DNA from: the human T2T-CHM13v2.0 reference genome, Homo sapiens
Assembly (NCBI RefSeq): GCF_009914755.1
Contig: NC_060936.1
DNA: 64,000 bases
Direction: 5' to 3' (one strand)
The notes under the pieces are model-generated. The model did not search any database. It had not been told where the DNA came from and saw only the letters and a list, made by a program, of their open reading frames with translations. Numbering within the stretch: the stretch's first letter is position 1; each line of letters starts with the position of its first letter. The position numbers and the translations under genes were made by a program. Shown here in pieces: positions 56,390-64,000 of the stretch.

Positions 56390-57245
56390 TTATTCTCAGT
56401 TGATGTCTATCCTTCCAGTTCCCCAGGCCAATTACAGTCATTCTTAACTCCATCTTTAAATCCATGCCCAATATATTAGGTAACTGTGCTGGCCCCATAT
56501 TCAAAATATATCCATAACAATGGCTCACTAAAGTTACTACTAGCATCTTGGTCTCAGTGACTATGATTTCTTACCTGGTTTTAACTAGTGTGTTTTTAAC
56601 TCATCTCCATTCTTTTACTCGGGCAATGTTTTTTTTCCCCTCCCCACCCCCAATATATTCTAAATAGAGCAACTAGAATGACTTTATTAAAATGGAAGTC
56701 AGATAATCAAGTTTTTCTACACAAAATTAAATAATATATTCTCATTTATTGCTAAACAGTTGCCAATTACAATGGTATAAAAGGCCCTTCTTGACCTGGT
56801 GCCTTCCTTGAACTCATCTCTTCCATCAGCAGCAGCCACATTGTCTTCCTTGGTGTCCTGTGAATTATGAGGTCCCGATGTAGGAACTTTGCATTGGATT
56901 TTTTTTTTTTTTGGAAATCTGGAAATCCCTTCTCCTAAATATTCCCATGGTTCTAACACTTATCCTCCTTAAGTCAAATATAATAAACTTAACAAAGTCT
57001 ATTCTAACTATTAAACTGCAAATTTCTCCCTCCAAACAGGCATTCTAATATACCTGAACTTGATCAATATTTTTCTTCTCTATAGCATTTATCATCTTTT
57101 AATATGCCATATGATTTACTTACTTATTTTCTGTCTTCTCACATTTGATTGCCAAGTTTATAAAAACAGTAATCTTTTTTTTCCTCTGATTGTTTGCTAG
57201 TCACCTGGTAAATACTTATAAAAATATTTGTTGAAAGAATGAATC
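56390..57245 (+). mobile_element. Degraded L2 3' region
   Basis: L2-like motifs ending atatttgttgaaagaatgaat. Confidence 0.55.
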
Positions 57246-57304
57246 AACAGGGAGGTAAAAGCTAGTACACTACTAATCCACTTTTTTGTGTACATTCAAC
57301 CAAG

Positions 57305-57554
57305 ATATTCAGCAGCAAATATTTTTTTCTCAAGTTGCAACTTTAATATAAGTTGATGATCTATAGGAAAAATTCCCTTGGTGATCTGAAATTTGTACAG
57401 GTGGCAGCAGTTTTTATGGGTTGTGGCTCTATTATTTTTAATGAGCTGGGATTTCAAAGTTCTATCTATCTCTAAAGATATTTCTAGAAGGATATTCAAA
57501 TTGTATTTGAATGAAGTATATCCCATAATACAGGGATATACTTACCAGGACAGA
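57305..57554 (+). pseudogene. AAA3 lid exon remnant
   Basis: IIFNEL/...RRIFKLYLNEVYPIIQGYTYQDR resembles HYVFNLRD...QIFRLFCHECQRVFHDR. Confidence 0.65.
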
Positions 57555-57657
57555 GTAGTAACCTTTCCAACAGGTCCATGAGCAATCAGATTCACAATTC
57601 TAATTTTGTAGTTGAGTTCTAACAATGTAGTTAATTATTGATTTTTAAAAAAACATT

Positions 57658-57843
57658 TGACCAAGCAAGAAGCAAAATCATTATTTTGCCAAAAACAGCA
57701 CGTTCCTAATTTGCCTATGGAAGAGTATGTAATGCTTTTAAATGGGGATGAAATCTACATTATTATGTAGAAGATTGTTCCTTATTCTAAATTGCAGCTA
57801 AAGCAGAAATTCAAAGCTTATGAAATAAGACAGATAGTCTCAA
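57658..57843 (+). pseudogene. Exon remnant preceding AAA4
   Basis: EAKSLF...EEYVMLLNGDEIY...VPYSKLQLKQKFKAYE at the expected position. Confidence 0.4.
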
Positions 57844-58231
57844 GTTAAAACTCCTAAGTAATATTACTTTTAAATACAGAGGTAGGCAATGGACAATATG
57901 ACATGGTAAAGCACAAAAAGAGTAGGACACTGCACTCAATCTTATTAAATTCGCTGTGAAAATACCACAGCCAGAAGCTATTCAATTTTTGGAGAAGTTG
58001 GGAAAGTACCAAGGTATCATGGGAAAATGTAGACAGGGAAAAAATATAGATCCAAAATGAAAGTCAAAGTTAAAAAGGGTCATCCTGCTTGAAGGAAAAA
58101 ATAAATCTGATAGGTACTAGAAACCAAATCCAGAGGATCAGATAAGGCAGAAAGATTTTGTTCAGACAGACCCAATTGTTTTTTGAAGAATAATACAATA
58201 ATATAAATAATTTATGAAATGTGCTTTGTAG

Positions 58232-58380
58232 TTGGCTTATAACAGTATTGTTTAGGCCATAAAATATTTGATAACTTTACATCTGGCTATTAACAGGTAG
58301 CTATGTTGCTCTTCATAAGAACATACTTTTATGGTTAACTTTGTTGCTCTTATGAAGGCTGCTAATTTGTGCAACTCCAG
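58232..58380 (+). pseudogene. AAA4 exon remnant
   Basis: ttgtag|LAYNSIV*AIKYLITLHLAINR...ALMKAANLCN resembles LVFF.DAI.H+.RI.R+I...SLTRLAAHIC. Confidence 0.55.
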
Positions 58381-58479
58381 GAGCACATTCTATTCACATG
58401 TAACATAACACTATGTGAATGATTTCTTTTAACATCAGGTAATATGGTAGCAATACTACTTACTATGCGTCATAGCTTT

Positions 58480-58832
58480 ACATATTTTAAATCATCTAAT
58501 CATCTCAACAATTGTATGAGTTAGGAATTTTTATTATCCCATTTTACATATTCAAGAAATAAAGCACATAATTAACTAACTTGCACAAGTTGAACAGTAA
58601 AACGTGTTAGATCCAGAATTTCAGTACAGGAAATCTGTCTTCATGATCAGTGTTCTTAACTAGGGTATTATTCTGCCTCTTCAAAAGAATAATTATTGAA
58701 CACCTTCAATGTTTTGGTCACCAATTCTTAGTACTAGGAAATGGCAACAAACATAAAAGCCAATCTCTTGCTCTCATTAGCTTTCATTTCTGTGAAGATG
58801 TTCAGACTATAAGTAGCAGTTAATGCATAGGG

Positions 58833-58869
<37 letters not shown>

Positions 58870-59020
58870 CCAACCACTATTGAAATCTCTTTATAAATAT
58901 TAACACATTCTGTCCTCACAACAGCCATTTGAGATAGTTGCCATGATTATTCCTCTTTTACAGATGATAGAACGGAGGGCAAAAGGGTTAAGTGATGTGC
59001 CTGAGGTTACAGAGCTAGTA
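58480..59020. mobile_element. MIR fragments flanking a (GT)n repeat
   Basis: attatcccattttaca...; tttacagatga...gaggg...ggttaagtga...ggttacagagcta. Confidence 0.55.
58837..58867. repeat. (GT)n microsatellite
   Basis: About 15 perfect GT units. Confidence 0.95.
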
Positions 59021-59655
59021 AAACACATTTTTCCCTACTCTCAAATAGAGGACTGTCACTAAACTAATTATACAGAAAAGTCTTTCTGAAGAAAGCAAAG
59101 TAAGAGCTTTTTTAGAATTTCCTAAATTTTTTTTGTTAGCTGTTTTTTTTTCCCCAAAACACTTTAAAATTCCAGGTCAAACCATGCTTTTTTATTGTCA
59201 TCCACATGAAAGAAGAGAAGAAAAAATTACAGGTAATTAATGAAAAAATAAAAAGCCAAGTGTATTTACAAGTATACAACATACATCTGTATGTATATTT
59301 ATATCTGTAAGGCTCTTTCTAGATAGAAAGACACAGACAAGTCAAACAGATGCATTTTTTCCCCTTTTTGTTCACCTCATATATTTTAAACAACGAAGCA
59401 AAGGATAGATGAAAGGATCTTTGGATAGATGGATAGATGGATTGATTAGATGAGTAAGCAGGTAGATGGAGAGCGAAACAGAGTGGAGGAGGATGGAATG
59501 AAGAAAGTTGTGAGGGAGAGAAATTTCCAGATTGAACAAAAGAAATACGCAACAGAATATAATTGAAAAGTAACTATACTAATATTTTTTACACCCCTTT
59601 TATATTGTGATAATAGATTTATGAAAATTATCTAGTTTCTTAGATCCTTACTTAG

Positions 59656-59806
59656 GTTGTTTTCTTGTTTGGAGAAGAAAAATTTTTGAGATTCATTAAT
59701 CTTTACCTGATATCTGACATCATTAACAGTATTGTGATTTTGGAACACACGAGAGGACTAGGAGTTACATTTCTATTCCTTTATGCAATGCATACTCCAA
59801 AACAAG
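59656..59806 (+). pseudogene. AAA4 exon remnant abutting THE1 LTR
   Basis: cttag|VVFLFGEEKFLRFINLYLISDII resembles VFLFTD.QI..E.FLE.IN..L.SGE+. Confidence 0.6.
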
Positions 59807-61104
59807 TGATATGCTTTGGCTGTGCCCTCACACAAATCTCATCTTGAATTTTAGCTCCCGTAATTCCCACATGTTATGAGAGGGACCTGGTGGGAGACAA
59901 TTGAATCATGGGGGTGGTTTTCCTCACACTGTTGTTGTGGTAGTGAATAAGTCTCATGAGATATGATGGTTTTAATAGGGGAAACCCCTTTCACTTGGTT
60001 CTCAGTTCTCTCTTGTCTGCTGCCATGTAAAACGTGCCTTTCACCTTCTGCCACAATTGTGAGGGCTTCCCAGCCATGTGGAACTGTGAGTCCATTAAAT
60101 ATATTTTTCTTTATAAATTACCCCGTCTTGGGTATGTCTTTATCAGTAGCATGAGAACTGACTAATACAGTAAATTGATACCATAGATTGGGGTGCTGTT
60201 CTAAAGATACCTGAAAATGTGGAAGCAACTTTGGAACTGGGTAACAGGTAGTAGTTGGAACAGTTTGGAGAGCCCAGAAGAAGACAGGAAAATGTGGGAA
60301 AGTTTGGAGCTTCCTGGAGACTTGTTGAATGGCGGCTTTGAACAAAATGCTTATAGTGATATGGACAATAAAGTTCAGGTTGAGGTAGTCTCAGACGGAG
60401 ATCAGAAATTTGGGAACTGGAGTTAAGGCGACTCTTTAAAAATCTGACTACTCCACTGGATTTTGGACTTGCATGGGCCCTGTAAAGTTCTTTGTTTTGG
60501 CCAATTTCACCCATTTGGAACAGCTGCATTTACCCAATACCCATACCCCCCATTGTACCTAGGAAGTAACTAGCTTGCTTTTGATATTACAGGCTCATAG
60601 GTGGAAGGCAATTGCCTTGTCTCAGATAAGACTACGGACTGTGGACTTTTGGGCTAATGCTGAAATGAGATAAGACTTTGGGGGACTGTTGGGAAGGCAC
60701 AGTTGGTTTTGAAATGTGAGGACATGAGATTTGGAGGGGCCAGGGGTGAAATTATATGGTTTGGCTATGTCCTCACCCAAATCTCAGTTTGAATTGTACC
60801 TCCCAGAATTTTCATGTGTCATGGGAGGGATCGGGGGAGGTAATTGAATCATGGGGGCCAGTTTTTCTCATGCTGTGCTCCTGATAGTGAATAAGTCTCA
60901 CAAGATCTGATATGTTTATCAGGGGTTTCCGCTTTCACATCTTCCACATTTTTCTCTTGCCACCACCATGTAAGAAGTGCCTTTCACTTCCCACCATGAT
61001 TCTGAGGCCTCCCCAGCCATATGGAACTGTAAGTCCAATTAAATCTCTTTTAGTTCTCAGTTTCGGGTATGTCTTTATCAGCAGTGTGAAAACGAACTAA
61101 TACA
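59807..61104 (+). mobile_element. Chimeric THE1: THE1C/D-like LTR (59807-60169), deleted internal region, THE1A-like LTR (~60750-61104)
   Basis: tgatatg...ctaataca LTR termini, polypurine tract before the second LTR; the two LTRs differ in diagnostic central sequence. Confidence 0.85.
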
Positions 61105-61144
61105 TGGGACCTTGTAATCATGTGAGTTAATACTTAATAAACAT

Positions 61145-61183
<39 letters not shown>

Positions 61184-61224
61184 TTCCATTACTTCTATCC
61201 CTCTAGAGAACCCTGACTAATACA
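61105..61224 (+). mobile_element. MLT2A1 3' fragment containing (GATA)n
   Basis: tgggaccttgtaatcatgtgagttaatac...ctctagagaaccctgactaataca. Confidence 0.8.
61146..61183. repeat. (GATA)n microsatellite
   Basis: About 9 perfect TAGA units. Confidence 0.95.
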
Positions 61225-61415
61225 ATCTCCATTACTGAATAGTATATCTTAATAAGCATTTGGAGTTTGCATTTTGTAGAATAATCCATATTTTTATAGA
61301 AGTGAGTGCAAGTATAATGACACTCTATGTAAAACTCTTCTATGTCTCTTACAGTGCTTTAGAGCCCTCAAAAATGGAATCACTGGTGGTTTTTCTTAAT
61401 TCTTTCATATGGACC
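61225..61415 (-). pseudogene. Inverted AAA4 exon remnant
   Basis: Minus strand reads VHMKELRKTTSDSIFEGSKAL*ET*KSFT*SV/YLHSLL, resembling ..RPRAKEVGISEGNRDEVFQYFISKVRQKLHIVL; lies inside the inferred inversion. Confidence 0.45.
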
Positions 61416-63657
61416 TGTATTAGCTTGTTTTCATGCTGTTGATAAAGACACACCCAAGACTGGGTAATTTATAAAGAAAAAGAGGTTTAATGCACTCACA
61501 GTTCCACGTGGCTGGGGAAGCCTCACAATCATTACACAAGGTGAAAGGCACGTCCTACATGGTCTCAAAGAAGAGAGAATTGAAGGCCAAGGAAAAGAGA
61601 TTTTCCCTTATAAAAGCATCAGATCTCGTGAGACTTATTTACTACCATGAAAACAGTATGAGGAAAACTGCCCCCATGATTCAATTATCTCCTACCAGAT
61701 CCCTCCCACAACATGGGGGAATTATGGAAGCTACAATTCAAAATGAGATTTGGGTGGGGACACAGCCAAACCATATCGTTGTGCCCCTGGCCCCTCCCAA
61801 ATCTCATGTCCTCACATTTCAATACCAATCATGCTTTCCCAACAGTCCCCCAATCTTAACTCATTTCAGCATTAACCCAAAAGTCCACAGTCCAAAGTCT
61901 TATCTGAGATAAGGCAAGTTGCTTCCACCTATGAGCCTGTAATATCAAAAGCGAGCTTGTTACCTCCTAGATACAATGGGGGTACAGTATTGGGTAAATA
62001 CAGCCATTCCAAATGGGAGAAATTGGCCAACGCCAAGGGGTTACAGGACCATGCAAGTCTGAAATCCAGTGGTGCAGTCAAATTTTAAAGTCCCAAAATG
62101 ATCTCTCTTGACTCCAGGTCTCACATCCAGGTCATGCTGATACAACAGATGGGTTCCCATGGTCTTGGTCAGCTCTGCTCCTGTGTCTTTGCAGGGTACA
62201 GCCTCCCTCCTAGCTGCTTTCCCAGGCTGGCATTGAATGTCTGCTGCTTTTGCAGGCACATGGATCAAGTTCTCAGTGGATCTACCATTCTGGGGTCTGG
62301 AAGACAGTGGCCCTCTTCTCACAGCTCCACCAGGCTGTGCCTCAATAGGGACTCTGTGTGGGGGCTCTGATCCCACACTTCCCTTCTGCAATGCCCTAGC
62401 AGAGATTCTCCATGAGGGCCCCACCCCTGCAGCAAACTTTTGCCTGGGAATCCAGGTGTTTCCATATGTCTTCCAAAATCTAGGCAGAGATTCCCAAACC
62501 GCAATTCTTGACTTCTGTGCATCTGCAGGCTCAGCACCACGTGCAGGCTTGGGGCTTCCATCCTCTGAAGCCACAGCCCAAGCTCTGTGTTGCCCCCTTT
62601 CAGCCACAGCTGGAGCAACTGGGTCACAGGGCCCTGCCCACAAAACCTTCTTTTCCTCCTGGGCCTCTGGGCCTGTGGTGGGAGGGACTGCTGTGAAGAC
62701 CTCTGACATGCTCTGGAGACATTTTCCCCATGGTCTTGGTAATTAACATTGGGCTCCTTGCTACTTATGCAAATTTCTGCAGTCAGCTGAATTTCTCCAC
62801 CAAAAGTGAATTTTTCTTTTCTACCATATAGTCAGGCCACAAAGTTTGTGAACTTTTGTGCTCTGTTTCCCTTTTAAAACTGAATGCCTTTAACAGCACC
62901 CAAGTCACCACTTGAATGCTTTGCTGCTTAGAAATTTATTTTGCCAGATACCCTAAATCATCTCTCTGAAGTTCAAAGTTCCACAAGTCTCTAGGATGGG
63001 GCAAAATGACACCAGTCTCTTTGCTAAAACATAAGAAGAGTCACCTTTGCTTCAGTTCCCAACAAGTTCCTCATCTCCACCTGAGACCACCTCAGCCTGG
63101 ATCTTATTGTTCCTATTGCAATCAGCATTTTGGGCAAAGTCATTCAACAAGTTTCTAGGAAGTTTCAAACTTTTCCACATTTTCCTTTTTTCTTCTGAGC
63201 TCTCCAAACTGTTCCAAGCTCTGTCTGTTACCCAGTTCCAAAGTCGCTTCCACAGTTTCAGGTATCTTTTCAGCAATGCCCCACTCTTGGTAGTACCAAT
63301 TTCTGTATTAGTTTGTTTCATGCTGCTGATAAAGACATACCGGAAACTGGGAAGAAAAAGAGGTTTAGTTGGACTTACAGTTCCACATGACTGGGGAGGC
63401 CTCATAATCATGGCAGGAGGCAAAAGCCACTTCTTACAGGGCGGTGGCAAGAGAAAAATGAGGAAGAGGCAAAAGCGGAAACCCCTGATAAACCCATCAG
63501 ATCTCGTGAGTCTTATTCACCATCATGAGAATAGCATGGAAAAGACCGGCCCCCATGATTCAATGACCTCCCTCTGGGTCACAACCACAACACGTGGGAA
63601 TTCTGGGAGATACAATTCAAGTTGAGATTTGGGTGGAGACATAGCCAAACCATATCA
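61416..63657 (-). mobile_element. Chimeric THE1: THE1C-like LTR (61416-61777), ~1.5-kb internal, THE1A-like LTR (63304-63657)
   Basis: tgtattag...catatc termini, MaLR internal sequence. Confidence 0.85.
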
Positions 63658-64000
63658 TCACACAATAAGCCATCTGCAGGCTGAGGAGCAAGGAGAGCCA
63701 GTCCAAGTTCCAAAACTGAAGAACATGGAGTCCAATGTTCTAAGGCAGGAAGCATCCAGCACAGGAGAAAGATGTAGGCTGGGAGGCTAGGCCAGTCTCT
63801 CTTTTCACTTTTTTCTGCCTTCTTACATTCTAGCCCTGCTGCCAGCTGATTAGATTGTGCCCACCTAGATTAAGGGTGGGTCTGCCTTTCACAACCCACT
63901 GACTCAAATGTTAATTTCTTTTGGCAACACTCTCATAGACAAACACAGGATTAGAACTTTGTATCCTTCTGTCCAATCAAGTTGACACTCAGTATTAACC
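63658..64000 (-). mobile_element. MLT2A1 remainder
   Basis: caataagccatctgcaggctgagg...caagttgacactcagtattaacc. Confidence 0.85.

Noticed and set aside
61490-63625. ORFs of 140-222 aa on both strands
   Set aside because: Lie wholly in THE1 LTR/internal sequence; typical spurious MaLR frames.

Overview
Primate (human-like) genomic DNA, AT-rich and about half transposon-derived. It contains AluY/S/J elements, two near-full-length L1PA7-type elements in opposite orientation, a 5'-inverted L1PA4/5, an older L1PA15/16 carrying nested insertions, MER9B-like, MLT2A, MLT1 and THE1 LTRs, MADE1 and a Charlie element. There is no intact protein-coding gene. The main result is that the unique sequence between the repeats holds about 30 decayed + strand exon remnants, mostly AG...GT-flanked. 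Read across stops and frameshifts, they follow the domain order of an axonemal dynein heavy chain (tail, linker/DHC_N2, AAA1, AAA2, AAA3, AAA4) from ~4 kb to ~61 kb. Upstream (~1.1-1.4 kb) lies a CpG-richer promoter-like patch with an RFX X-box-like site. I interpret this as an intron-containing fossil of a divergent dynein heavy chain gene, probably a unitary pseudogene. All protein comparisons are by eye against the human DNAH6 sequence and general dynein motifs as I recall them, and repeat subfamily calls are also from memory; both need tblastn/HMM/RepeatMasker confirmation. A second result is a local inversion between THE1 elements near 60.4-63 kb that split an MLT2A1 LTR and flipped one dynein-like segment.
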